Assembly (NCBI GenBank): GCA_020137815.1
Contig: CM035358.1
Coordinates: 1,984,001 to 2,048,000, forward strand
DNA from: Hormiphora californensis
Lineage: Eukaryota; Animalia; Ctenophora
DNA: 64,000 nucleotides
Direction: 5' to 3'
The notes under the pieces are model-generated. The model was not told the origin of the DNA. It ran no database searches and worked only from the letters and a program-made list of their open reading frames with translations. Positions 1 to 13,765 of this stretch are shown piece after piece; the stretch's first letter is position 1; every line of letters begins with the position of its first letter. A program made the position numbers and the translations under genes.

Positions 1-209
1 TGAGAAGAGAGAAAGAGAGAGATAAGGAGAAAGAGAGAGTGAGAGAGAGAGAGAAAGAGAGAGAGAAAGTGAAAGAGAGACGTAGAGAGAGAGAGAGAGA
101 GAAATCAGAGAGGGAAAGATAATGATGAAACCCGGAGAGGGCAAAGGTGTCAGTTTGACAACAAAATGGTCACCTTTCCAGCCAACTAATTTCTGTTAGT
201 TTTTGGCAT
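1..209. mobile_element. Partial MITE with AG-microsatellite core (same family as 52494-52800, opposite orientation)
   Basis: 131-209 is the near-exact reverse complement of the arm at 52494-52573. It is preceded by (AG)n and the same junction sequence. Confidence 0.75.
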
Positions 210-548
210 AATAATAATAATAATATTCCGTGCTTATATACCGCCCATACCCGACGGAAACATGTCAAAATATTGGCGATGTTCCGACGAGTCATTAGAG
301 CGGTATATCCTAGAGTATAAATATCGCACACGAACAATTCTGGTTGAAAAAAGACAATATATGGAAAAACCTAATTAACTGGACTTATCAAACTGGGGGA
401 ATAACTGGTCCCATGAACCTGTAGATATAATCTTAAACACGCTATACTCACACCTGCTCGAAAAAAAGGATACTAGGTAGTGATTTAATAACATGACTCG
501 AGAGAGGATGACACTGATTGCCCGTAGGCCCCACAACTACAACAAACA

Positions 549-3500
549 TTACAACTCAGCCATGGGTTCCCCATCACCCACTCCAAATGCACCAACGAAG
601 AGATGTGTTTTCAGACGAGCCTTGAAGGTATCAACGTTGGGGATTGACCTAAGCTCCAGGGGTAGCTCATTCCAAATAGTAGGCAGAAATACTGATATTC
701 TCCTACGTCTCAATTTAGAGTTGGCGTTGATACTGGTCATCTTGGGGTGTTTTAATCTGTAAGGATCAATAACATTTGTCATCCTTGTTGTCCTGGAGAC
801 TCCCCAGCTTTCATCAAGAGGTACCATTTCCTGGAGGTAACCTGGTGCTGTTCCATGGACTATCTTATATGCGATTAGACAAGCTTTGAAGTCCAGTCGG
901 TAGGAGATGGGTAAAATATGACACTGCCTGAAGTATTCCGAGTAATCATCTTGATGCCCATGGATGTTGAATATAAAGCGTACACAGGAGTTAAGCGTTT
1001 TCTGGAGCCCACCAAGAACACGGGCAGGAAGTCCACAGTACAGAATATTACTGTAATCGATCCTCGATATAATCAATTGCTTCACCAACATTATCTTCGT
1101 TTGGATATCAAAACATCTGTGTAGCTGCCAGAGATTCCGCAGTATCAGACCACACTGTTTCCTCACATTATTAACCTGTCGTTCAAGATTAAGATTGTGA
1201 TCCAAGAGTATCCCTAGGGTTTTCCCATCTGTTCCACTGCATTCGCTGGGGAATATTTCCGTTCCTCCAAAGTTGATAACTGGGTCGAAAGAGACTTTAC
1301 TTAAAGAACTGCGCTTTCCAAGCAGGATGAATTCTGTTTTTGCCTCATTACACTTCAACCACTGTCCCACCATCCACCTCTTCACCTCCGCTAGACACTC
1401 CTCAATATCCACCTTCGTCCTAGACCAGCCAGTAGAATCTGTAGGAACCAGACTCACATAGAGCTGGGAGTCGTCTGCATATAACTTTATCCGAAGTCCA
1501 TACGGTTCCACAATGTCTTGCACAGCTTCGATGTAAAGTAGAAACAAAATAGGACCAAGAAGGGACCCCTGGGGCACTCCACATAGTAATGCCAGGGTAT
1601 CCGAGAGACAATCACCAACCGAGACTCTAAAAGATCTGGAACTCAGGTAACTCTTAAACCATTGAAGAGGATCGCCATCCACTCCAAACCGATTCTGCAA
1701 CACCTCCAACAACTTCCGGTGATCCACTGTGTCAAACGCAGCGCTCATGTCCAAACAGATCAGAGCTACAACATTTCCTTTATCCATTTCACCTAGTACA
1801 TCATCAAACATGCTGGCTAACAGCGTTTCGCAGCTATGACCAGCACGATAACCGGATTGATGCTTGCCCAAAAGTGCATTGCGTTCAAGGTACTCATTCA
1901 GCTGTGTGAGCACCACCTTTTCTAAGACCTTAGAAAGGAATGGGATGTTTGATACAGGACGATAGTTGCTGAGAGTTTCCCTATCTCCGTACATATTCTT
2001 GATGGTAGGAAACACGATAGCTTTCTGGAGAGATTCTGCAACTGTTGACTGACGGAGAGATTGATTTACCATCGATGTTAATACCGGAGCAAGATCCCTA
2101 ATACACTCCTTTACCACCCAGGTGGGCAAGGGATCAAGGTCACAATGTTTGCTTGACATGGACTTTACCACCAAAACAAGTTCCTCCTCAGATATCTCTT
2201 TGAATTCCTTCCACGTTGAATGACAGGCCTTTCCGGGTTCCTCAAAGTCGCCAGCTTGCTGTTGCTCCTCATTGACTTGGGTTCGAATCTTTTCCACTTT
2301 GGAACTAAAGAACTGCGAGAAATCGTCCGCCAAACTCTTGGTGTTTGTTGTTTCAGGAAGAATTGTTTCAGCTTTTCCAAGGAGTTTCTGGAGCTTACTT
2401 TGCAATTTCTTTGGGTCACCTTTGGCAGCAACCAAGTCCTCTTTAATGAAAAGTGACCTCTTTTCCCTATCCATCTTTCCATACAGTTTCTTCAGGTCAT
2501 TAAATCTCCGTTTCGCATCCACAGTTCCAAGTTTCCGCCAACACCGTTCTGCATTCCTCCTCTCACGTAGTAATCCTCTAAGTTCCTCATCCCTCCACGG
2601 TTTAAACTTTTTTCCAGTCCTCACCCGCTTCCTCGGTACTCGCTTCTCCACTATACCTTCCAGCCAACGATAGAAATTCACAACACCCTCTTCTGGATCT
2701 CTACCTCCCTCAAAATCCGCCTTCCGCAAGTCCTCTTTAAATCCTTCCAAATCCACAGACTTGTAATCCATGTATTCCCGATACACTGATTTCTTCAGAC
2801 AGGAGTTCGATAGGTCAGGTCTCACTTGAATCCCAAACTGCACCAGGAAATGATCCGATGTAGTACCATTGGGAAATATGGTTAAATCACCCAGAGTAGT
2901 TTCCCTCGCAGTTATCACCAGGTCCAAGGTTCCTCCAAGCTGGTGAGTAGGCAACAGTGGCACTCTTTGTTGCAGATCAAAAGAATCCAGTAGCTCCAAA
3001 AGTTTCCTCGCATAGAAGTTATTATCATCCTGCACCTGGAAGTTTAGGTCACCAGCGATGATCGGGGTACCTTGCTTCATAACAAGCTCGGACAGGTAGT
3101 CACCAAACTCCGACAGGAAAGTTGCTTCTGTAAGTCTCGACTTCGGTGTGTAAGGAGGGCGGTAGACATTACAGATCCTCTTCGGTTGATCTCTGTCACT
3201 GATCAGGACCTCTTGTACTTGAAAAGACTTATACTTGGTCTTCACCGGACACTGCCGAAGAACTATTCCATCTCGAAAAAGAATTCCAATTCCCCCACCT
3301 CCTCTGTCTCCTCTGGGGCATGAGAAAAGATCCCATCCATTATCTCTGATTTCTTGGAGTTTCCCTGTGTCTGTTGATTTCAAAAATGTCTCCTGTATGA
3401 GACAAATATCACAATCCTTTTCTTCCAGATGCGAAATAACACCTCCAGTTTTGTTGATAAGAGAGCGGACATTTAGTGTCCCAATCTTCCAAGTCTTTTC

Positions 3501-3551
3501 CTGTGTAGTTCCTCCTTTGTCCTCGTCCAGTACAGGTTTTTTCCTCCTTGC
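549..3551 (-). CDS. LINE ORF2: apurinic endonuclease + reverse transcriptase
   Basis: The frame is open from about 3551, upstream of the 3383 call: KIGTLNVRSL, ICLIQETF, NVYRPP, AGDLNF, TLDLVIT, SDHFLV (APE); NYRPVSN, QSGYR, LDMSAAFDTVDH, GVPQGSLLGP, LYADDSQ (RT). C-terminal WNELP..R...FKARLKTHLF is typical of CR1/L2. Confidence 0.95.
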   Translation of the reverse strand, partial: ARRKKPVLDEDKGGTTQEKTWKIGTLNVRSLINKTGGVISHLEEKDCDICLIQETFLKSTDTGKLQEIRDNGWDLFSCPRGDRGGGGIGILFRDGIVLRQCPVKTKYKSFQVQEVLISDRDQPKRICNVYRPPYTPKSRLTEATFLSEFGDYLSELVMKQGTPIIAGDLNFQVQDDNNFYARKLLELLDSFDLQQRVPLLPTHQLGGTLDLVITARETTLGDLTIFPNGTTSDHFLVQFGIQVRPDLSNSCLKKSVYREYMDYKSVDLEGFKEDLRKADFEGGRDPEEGVVNFYRWLEGIVEKRVPRKRVRTGKKFKPWRDEELRGLLRERRNAERCWRKLGTVDAKRRFNDLKKLYGKMDREKRSLFIKEDLVAAKGDPKKLQSKLQKLLGKAETILPETTNTKSLADDFSQFFSSKVEKIRTQVNEEQQQAGDFEEPGKACHSTWKEFKEISEEELVLVVKSMSSKHCDLDPLPTWVVKECIRDLAPVLTSMVNQSLRQSTVAESLQKAIVFPTIKNMYGDRETLSNYRPVSNIPFLSKVLEKVVLTQLNEYLERNALLGKHQSGYRAGHSCETLLASMFDDVLGEMDKGNVVALICLDMSAAFDTVDHRKLLEVLQNRFGVDGDPLQWFKSYLSSRSFRVSVGDCLSDTLALLCGVPQGSLLGPILFLLYIEAVQDIVEPYGLRIKLYADDSQLYVSLVPTDSTGWSRTKVDIEECLAEVKRWMVGQWLKCNEAKTEFILLGKRSSLSKVSFDPVINFGGTEIFPSECSGTDGKTLGILLDHNLNLERQVNNVRKQCGLILRNLWQLHRCFDIQTKIMLVKQLIISRIDYSNILYCGLPARVLGGLQKTLNSCVRFIFNIHGHQDDYSEYFRQCHILPISYRLDFKACLIAYKIVHGTAPGYLQEMVPLDESWGVSRTTRMTNVIDPYRLKHPKMTSINANSKLRRRRISVFLPTIWNELPLELRSIPNVDTFKARLKTHLFVGAFGVGDGEPMAEL

Positions 3552-3821
3552 TTACATCTGAAGTCCTCTCCATAAGCCGTGCTCGTTCATTTATGTACGA
3601 TGGACACCACATACTAGAAGCTGTATGGGTCCTCGCATACTTCTTGTCCTCTCTTGATCCTCCAACTGCACAGTTCACACACTTCATCTTACCGGTCTCG
3701 TTGTTCTTCTTTGCTCTACAGTCCTTTGTCTGGTGTGTTCCAGCACAAAAGCAGCACACAGGATTTTCCTTCTGAGGACAGTAGATCGAGCCTGCTATAT
3801 GTCCGTATCCTTGACAGTGAT

Positions 3822-4409
3822 TCCCAGTGGTGCTCGATTGAAAATCTTAACTCTATCGAAATATTTTGAACGGCAAAATTTGAAGAAAATAGCTCATCTG
3901 AACGGCAAAATTCACAGTAACATAAACCGAGCCCCATTTGTGACTAAGTGTGGTCTAATGAACAGTTTAGAACCGTAGATAGGCGGTAGATCGGTAAGAT
4001 AGAGTTAATCGATTTTATAGGTCTAGTGAGACTTAGTCAAAATTTGACAAAATGGCTTATTTGATGAGTTAAATTCAAAACAACCAAAACCAAACCCCAT
4101 TTGTGACTAAGTGTGGTCTAATGAACAGTTTAGAACCGTAGATAGGCGGTAGATCGGTAAGATAGAGTCAATTGATTTCATAGGTCTAGTGAGTATTAGT
4201 GACACGAATAAGGTATATAGTTGTTAAAAATCGTCAATCTACATTTCCGATGTGGCCGAGTGGCTAAGGCGCCATACTTATGACACGCAAGGTCCCGGGT
4301 TCAAATCCCGCATATCAATTTTGCATTTTTTTACTGAAATTTTCCAACGGCAACGCTTTTATGAACGGCCAATTCAATTTGAACGTTAAGCAATCGAGCA
4401 CCACTGGGA
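3822..4409. mobile_element. Non-autonomous DNA transposon (19-bp TIR, 7-bp TSD) with internal direct repeat and tRNA-like sequence
   Basis: TIR TCCCAGTGGTGCTCGATTG at 3822-3840 and its reverse complement at 4391-4409. TSD CAGTGAT at 3815-3821 and 4410-4416. Direct repeat of about 110 bp at about 3925-4037 and 4087-4200. Confidence 0.9.
4246..4318 (+). pseudogene. tRNA-like sequence (Pol III A and B boxes) inside a MITE
   Basis: A box TGGCCGAGTGG, B box GGTTCAAATCC and a downstream T-run. The anticodon arm does not pair cleanly. Confidence 0.6.
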
Positions 4410-5442
4410 CAGTGATAGCATTGAATCACATGATACCTGTTCTTGACAAAATGTTGTCGAAGACCCAAGTTGAGTTTATCACCGTTGTTAGACAAAAGCC
4501 TCCGGATCTCTGGAGCCATCTGGATCACTGCATACCTGTCTCTTTCGCTCACAAACACCACTTTCAACTTCTTATCCTCATGGTAAAGCTTCCTGATATC
4601 CTCATTTTTGTCCAAAATCGCTGCCAGGATAGTCTCCTTTTCCAGTAGTTCAGGGTTCAAATCATTAATCGTCACCTTTGGTTCAAGCTTCTTGGCCTCC
4701 TCTGAGAAGAATGACATGGAACAGTCCTGTGCAAGAGGAGTCAAAACTTTCTCCGCTTCTTTCATCTGGTCCTCATTAGGAAAGTACAGCCGGGTATGGT
4801 CACTGTTCACTCTGGATCTCACCACCGGTATCGTCTTCAACGCAGTTTCCACTTTGGGTTTGACCTCATCAGTCCACTTCTTCGCACAGAATCCTGCCTC
4901 TCCTTCCTCATTGATGCCAGTTGTAATATTCACATAGTGTTTCATCGTAGGTGTAACCGGTTCCTCTGGATCACCACCACCAATATCACTTTTCCCATTC
5001 TCCATAGGTTTGACCAAAGCAGAGATAGTTGAAACCAGATCCTTGTGCAGCTTTGCAAACGACTCTTTCAGATCAGTTTGGTCTCCAGGAACAGAAAACG
5101 GTGCCGACGCCGGAAGCATATTGTAGCAGGCTTTGAGAAGATGCCACAACTGAGGTTTATGGACAGACGACGGACAAACAGAGTCACCCCTCTCAAGGCA
5201 CACTAACAAATCACTACCCTTATAATCATTGCTAAATACTTCTCCTGATAACACGTCTTCAAAATCACTCTTAGTGATACATATGTCATAAGATTTCGTC
5301 ATCCTAAAACACCCGTTGCACGCCGGCCAACAACAAACTCTTCACTGATATCACTCGTAAGTTAAGTTAAAGTAGGCCTAACAGAGATCTAAAAGATTAG
5401 AGAATAGATGCTAACACAGTTATCGGAACGATTGACGGCAAA

Positions 5443-5483
5443 CTCAAATTAATTTGTTTAAAGTAGTGTTGAAAAGTTTGAAA
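5443..5483 (-). other. Spliced-leader-like 41-mer, copy 1 (5' end of full LINE)
   Basis: Identical to 11515-11555 (+) and 15033-15073 (-). Resembles the ctenophore SL exon ending ...AAACAAATTAATTTGAG. Not followed by a GT donor, so not an SL RNA gene. Confidence 0.85.
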
Positions 5484-5576
5484 AACAAGCCATTTAATGG
5501 AAGAGTAAATGAGCTATTCACAGTAACTGTTATTTATGAAGCCTAGAAGCCTAGCTTCCATTTTTCAGGGACTTAC

Positions 5577-8724
<3,148 letters not shown>

Positions 8725-9192
8725 GGTGGAGCATGTCCCTAATTTGGATCATTTAAAGGGATTTTGAGGTTGTATACCGGTGGTAAACCGAAAAAAGGTG
8801 AGCGGGCAGAGATTAAGGAAGGGTCAAAAGTGTGAAAATAAAACTCTGCTGATTATCCTAAAATGTCAATAAATAACCACACACTTGAGATGTAAATAAA
8901 AAACACTGGCCTAGCAAAACTCTATCTCAAATCACGGACAAACAAACGTTCAAAATGGTCCGTTATTTTACTAAAAAAGTTCTGACAGATAACTGAAACT
9001 GGATCACCACGACCACCGGGGCTTCATACCTAATGACCTAACAAATTCTCCGCCCTGGTTTAGAATATTATACTCGCCCAAATGTGTCTAAATTGGTGTA
9101 TTCTGTGTTAATATTATGGTCCAGGCAACCTCAGGTTTACTTTTTTTGAAGTGGTTAAAACTCCTCAGACTAGAATCGTTACTATTGTCCGA

Positions 9193-12100
9193 CTAGGAGT
9201 TGCCATATTGTCTCTGGTACTTGGAGGAACGTTGCAGGATTATACTAGCGAAGAAGTTGTAACACATGAAGGTCATACCAGTCGACATGAACGCCTGAAA
9301 ATAAGAGATGAGTTGTCAAAATACTAGTAATATAAGGAGCAATTCGTCGTGAAAATAACGCAAAAGTTTTATCGGGAAAATATTTAGAACCGGTATATGA
9401 CAAAAGGAAGGTGAAGGACGAAGGTCGACCACCCTAAGGATGCCCAGTAAGGAATTTTCTACTAATTATGTACCAATGTACCCCCACTGGGGTTCCTTGG
9501 TCCCCCAGAGCCCTGGCAAGAGTATCACTGGAAACACAACTTGCAAACAATAATTTAATTTAACTAATAAACTAATTAATACCCTACCTTGAGTAAACTG
9601 GGAACACCACCCTTATAAAATCCCCTTACACCCTCGTCTCTGTACATCTTGTTTACGCAGTGAACTACACCCCGGTATTCGGGAATGTTGTACAGACCTC
9701 CCTGTGAAACTACCTCTCTGAAGCCTTGTACCTGGGAGTCAAATAATTAAATTAAATTATCAATTGAACATTATCAATTTGATATAGAGGCCAGAGGGAA
9801 ATTTTGGTGCTAGCAAAGCAAAGCATGGCGACCTGGATAGATTCAATACAAACAAATCAATAATGCAAAGAAAAGTATATGCAGTAAAATAGGAAGGACA
9901 AGATCAACATATTATTTTACACCAGATTTTTTAGATTTTACCTGTAATCTTTTCTTCACTAGATCCAAAGGCAACACCTGACACTTTAGCTAAAAGACCG
10001 GACAGGGCACCAAAAGCGAAGCTCACGGCACTGGGAATTGACTTGCCTTCCCTTGGGAAGAATCTGAAGAGAAATATATCAATGTGTGTTAATTGTAAAA
10101 TAAGAATAAGTTTTTGCGCTATGTAGTAATTGGGGTTGGCCTGCTGCTGATAAGCTAAAATTGAACTTTATTTGTTCAATGTGTGTGTGTGTATATAATG
10201 TGTGTGTGTGTGTGTGTGTGTGTATTCTCGAGCTTTGAGCTGCCAATTAGAGATCGTCAAAGTCACTTACATATCATAAATTACAACGAAAGATGTATAA
10301 GCACCAAACTGCATGCTTGCATAGGGGATGACTTGACATAAATTCGGTAACAATCCACGGTAAAATCCTCTCAACCCATCCGATTGAAAAATCTTACTGA
10401 ACGCTTCAAACGTCGTCCGATACATCTGGAAAAAAAAGTTTCTCGGTGAAACAACCATATTTAATTAATTACAACTGAGAACATCATCATGATACAGTCA
10501 AACCTCGATTAACCGGGCTAAAATCCTTCCCCCGATGGCCGAGGAGTCCGGTAAATCGAGGTATAATTACTGTATCCAATTAGTACATACTGTATAATGG
10601 TATAATGAGAGGGTGCAAACCTTGGGTTGCCTCTGCATGACCATCCGGGTACGGACAGTGTCAAGGGGCTGGGTTAGAAAACTAGCCGTCATACCAGCCA
10701 CACCACCACAACAAAAACTGTAGGAGGGAACACGTAATATTAGACAAATAATAGATCTGTATTAAATCTGAACACTTTGTTATCAAGCAAATAACTATTA
10801 AAATTATGAATTTCAAAAATAAACACCTTATAAGAGGTTTATGATAGGCTTCATTACGGTGAGCCATCAGCGTCAGGGCTTTAGATGTTGCCAGCTCAAA
10901 TGTACCAAATTGTGTAGACACGTAGACGATAGAGAGCATTTGAGATGATGTATGACCCTTCCTGAAATATAACTGTCAAAACAACGCCAGAGATTATACA
11001 CAACTTCATATAAATCGTCTGTTACAGTAGAGATAATAGCGTTTTCTTTTGACCATCTTGATTGAAGCCGGATGTGTTGTCTCTACAGACTATTACTCAT
11101 ACAGCTCATAAACAGTTATCCGATATTTATCCTGTCCATAAATTGCTACTTAAAGTTCGTACCAAAATGCTCTGACGCCTTCTTCTCGTAGGACCCGAGA
11201 AAATCCATCGATTATGCCCTTGTAAAATCCGTTGTGCTTCTAAAAATATAAAACGGTTATAATCATGAATTTAGATTGGTAATTAAGCAGCATTTACCTT
11301 GCCAATGGGATCAGAATGTAACTGGAATCGGATCTTTAGTACGTCAAAGGGGGACACAACAGCTCTGGTAATAATTCCACTCCCTGCACCTGTGACACAG
11401 TTATATACCGTTAGTCATACATTCAGACTTTCACAGTTTTACCCATGCTTTACCTAGTGTGTTCTCCCTAATGTATGTAGCCCAGCTTGGGGGTGGAGTA
11501 AACCCCTCAATCTATTTCAAACTTTTCAACACTACTTTAAACAAATTAATTTGAGTTTTAGGATAAAGCTGATGTAACAGCCCACGAGGGGCAGAAAGAA
11601 AATGGTAAATACTGATAATGAAGAAGAAGCAACTCCTCGGATTTACCTGGCAGCTCATCCTGGCAAACCGGCTACTGATATTGATAGGAGGAATGTCAAC
11701 GACTGCCAAAGTGATACAGTATATTGGGTAAAAGACTTGTTGTCGGATTGTTCAGGGTTTGGATACAGTAACCCAGAGGCAGTGAGATATGGAACTGGTC
11801 CTCCACCAAGGTCTACCTGGGATGATTTAGAGGTTCCGTCTGCGAGCAAGCTTAATACGCTGTCGAAGAAAAAGCTTTTAGATTTTACTAAGAGGGCGTG
11901 TGGTATTTTTCTTGAACAGACATTTCCACTAATTGAAAAGTTGCGTGACAAGGGTTCTGAAAGTATGATGGTGAGAGAGTGCGAAAAGGAGCTCAGACAA
12001 CATGGAAAGGAGCTAATTAAAGCTCAACGAGACCTCGTAGCAGCACAAGAGGAACTACTCAATATCCAGAGGCAGTTGCTTGAGAAGAGGGAGGTTGAGA

Positions 12101-12824
12101 TTACAGCTGTGCAGTCAACGGCACAGCAAGAATTGAAGAGCTTCGCATCCGTTTTGGAGAAAGAATGTGCCTCGGCTCTGGCTCCAAGAAAGATTCAATC
12201 AGCGATTGTGGCAGCCTCTGAGGACCGTGGGTGCAACATCATCATCCATGGCCTGGAAGAGTCAATAAATAGTAGCGTAGAGCTTGAAACTCAAGTTGAG
12301 TCTCTTCTTGTTGAGCTAGGAGAAACTCAGAACGTGAAATCAGTGGAGCGCATGGGAAGGCAGTCCTTAACTGTCAGACCAGTGAAAGTCGTACTGAAGA
12401 GCAGAGACGCTCAGATGTCGATCCTGTCGAAAAAATCCCGACTAAAAAGGACCGGCAAGTTCGATAAAGTCTACATTTCGCCTGACAGGACTTTGGAGGA
12501 ACGAAATGAGAGAAAACAGCTTGTTGATCGACTGAAGGAAATGGTTCAAAGGTCTCCTGGAAAACACTACTTCATTCGTGGGAAGGAGGTGGTGGAAGCA
12601 CCAGGGACTACTGAGAATTGAAATTAAATTTGTTGAGTTTAGAAGTGGTGAGCGAGGAAAGGACAGTTGAGTTGAAAGGTGGTCATTTGTTTGATAGCCT
12701 CAATTTATTTTCAAGTTTCAAGTTTTTTTCAAGTTTATTCTAGGAGATCCCATAAACTTTCCCATTCTTTACCTGCTAATACAGCATCGCTTGGGTGGAG
12801 TTTTATTTTCTTTCCATAAATCAT
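9193..12824 (-). CDS. SLC25A19: Mitochondrial thiamine pyrophosphate carrier (multi-exon)
   Basis: Exon 1 12824-12773 (MIYGKKIKLHPSDAVLA) and exon 2 11389-11298 (GAGSGIITRAVVSPFDVLKIRFQL). Later exons give QPLDTVRTRMV, GLRGFYRGLLPNLCQVIPYASMQF, PLDLVKKRLQ and GVRGFYKGGVPSLLK. Three carrier PxDxxKxR motifs. Stop at 9193. Confidence 0.85.
10495..10574. mobile_element. Tiny Tc1/pogo-type MITE
   Basis: TA-CAGTCAAACCTCGATTAACCGG ... CCGGTAAATCGAGG...ACTG-TA. A related remnant lies at about 24373-24410. Confidence 0.6.
11515..12738 (+). mobile_element. SL-capped ORF1-only non-autonomous retroelement in SLC25A19 intron 1 (antisense to host)
   Basis: 41-nt leader at 11515-11555, a single intact ORF, a 3' UTR of about 90 nt and a (TTTCAAG)n-like tail. 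Possible 4-bp TSD TCTA. Confidence 0.8.
11602..12621 (+). CDS. CR1/L2-type ORF1-like protein (coiled coil + RRM-like/CTD), 339 aa
   Basis: Coiled coil followed by NIIIHGLEES, RMGR...RPVKVVL and VYISPDRTLEERNERKQL. Intronless; no RT follows. Confidence 0.8.
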   Translation: MVNTDNEEEATPRIYLAAHPGKPATDIDRRNVNDCQSDTVYWVKDLLSDCSGFGYSNPEAVRYGTGPPPRSTWDDLEVPSASKLNTLSKKKLLDFTKRACGIFLEQTFPLIEKLRDKGSESMMVRECEKELRQHGKELIKAQRDLVAAQEELLNIQRQLLEKREVEITAVQSTAQQELKSFASVLEKECASALAPRKIQSAIVAASEDRGCNIIIHGLEESINSSVELETQVESLLVELGETQNVKSVERMGRQSLTVRPVKVVLKSRDAQMSILSKKSRLKRTGKFDKVYISPDRTLEERNERKQLVDRLKEMVQRSPGKHYFIRGKEVVEAPGTTEN

Positions 12825-13294
12825 GTCTGTTGTTTCAGATTCATGCCGGGTGCTACAAGTTCCCACTTAGAAAGTTTAACTGGACAAACTAGAATAAAAA
12901 GGTACAAACTTTATTTTTTAAAATCCCTTAACGCCATAACGAACAGAGCAAAAATCTAACAAAACTTGGCAAACGGCAGGGGTAGATCCAGCGGCCAACC
13001 CGAGCCCCGAAACTTTCGGGCTGTGTCTGCCCTATCTATTGAAAAGCGCTGCCTTATCCCGCGCTACCGGCTACGTTTGCCAAGCCTATCTTATATCTAG
13101 ACTCATGGCGCCGTTACGATCAGGGTTTTTACTTGAAAAGCGCTGCCTTATCCCGGGGGGGGGGGGGGGGGAGCGGCGTTTGCCAAGGTTTTTACGGGGC
13201 TCATTAAAGGTGAGTGCCAGTTCGTTGTGGTTACACTAGGGACTGCACTCTGCAGTGGGTCCTAAAAGGGATCCCTAAAAAAGTTCAGTATTTA

Positions 13295-13653
13295 CACAGC
13301 GTTTACACAGTCTTTACACAGTCGTTACACCCAGAGCGCCCGCGCCGCTCTGGGTGTAAAGTGCGTTTCAAACGACTTGACCTGAGATTCCTGGAAATTC
13401 AGGATTTCCCCTTTGTAAATACACGCGCGATGCGCCGAATTCCAAGAATTAAGGGTCAAGTCGCTTGAAACGGACTTTAAAGACTGCGTCTTTCGCACTC
13501 GATTTGCAGCGTTATCGGAAACTTTTTTCGCCGCAGCGCTCAATTTACTCGATTGTGCAGCACACAATCCAATATTTTCTTAGAAAAAGCCGCAAAACGC
13601 AGCACGCGCCGCTCTGGGTGTAACGACTGTGTAAAGACTGTGTAAACGCTGTG
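13295..13653. mobile_element. MITE with TA TSD inserted in the left TIR of 13268-15212
   Basis: About 45-bp TIR CACAGCGTTTACACAGTCTTTACACAGTCGTTACACCCAGAGCG, flanked by TA on both sides. Confidence 0.85.
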
Positions 13654-13765
13654 TATACTCGGATTTTTTGAAACTGTCACCCCCCTTAAATAAAAAAATT
13701 TGTCATTTCTCCGGTTCCTGATAAGATAGAGACTTGAAATTTGGAGGTTCGCAAGAACTTAGCAT

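Larger units (their letters stand above)
3409..5302 (-). pseudogene. LINE ORF1 (Gag-like, zinc knuckles) interrupted by a 588-bp DNA-element insertion
   Basis: ORF 4331-5302 ends ...IQCYHC. Removing 3822-4409 plus one TSD gives in-frame QCYHCQGYGHIAGSIYC...CCFCAGTHQTKDC...CVNC...HTASSMWCPSY. Confidence 0.85.
208..5483 (-). mobile_element. Full-length non-LTR retrotransposon (CR1/L2/Daphne group) with spliced-leader-like 5' end and (ATT)n tail
   Basis: ORF1 (zinc knuckles) and ORF2 (APE-RT) lie on the minus strand. The 3' UTR has a stem (ATATACCGC...GCGGTATAT) and a short (ATT)n tail at about 208-227. The 41-nt leader is at 5443-5483. No clear TSD. Confidence 0.9.

Noticed and set aside
11515-11620. 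SL RNA genes at the three 41-mer copies
   Set aside because: None is followed by a GT donor with shared intron or Sm-site sequence. Each runs directly into a retroelement 5' UTR.
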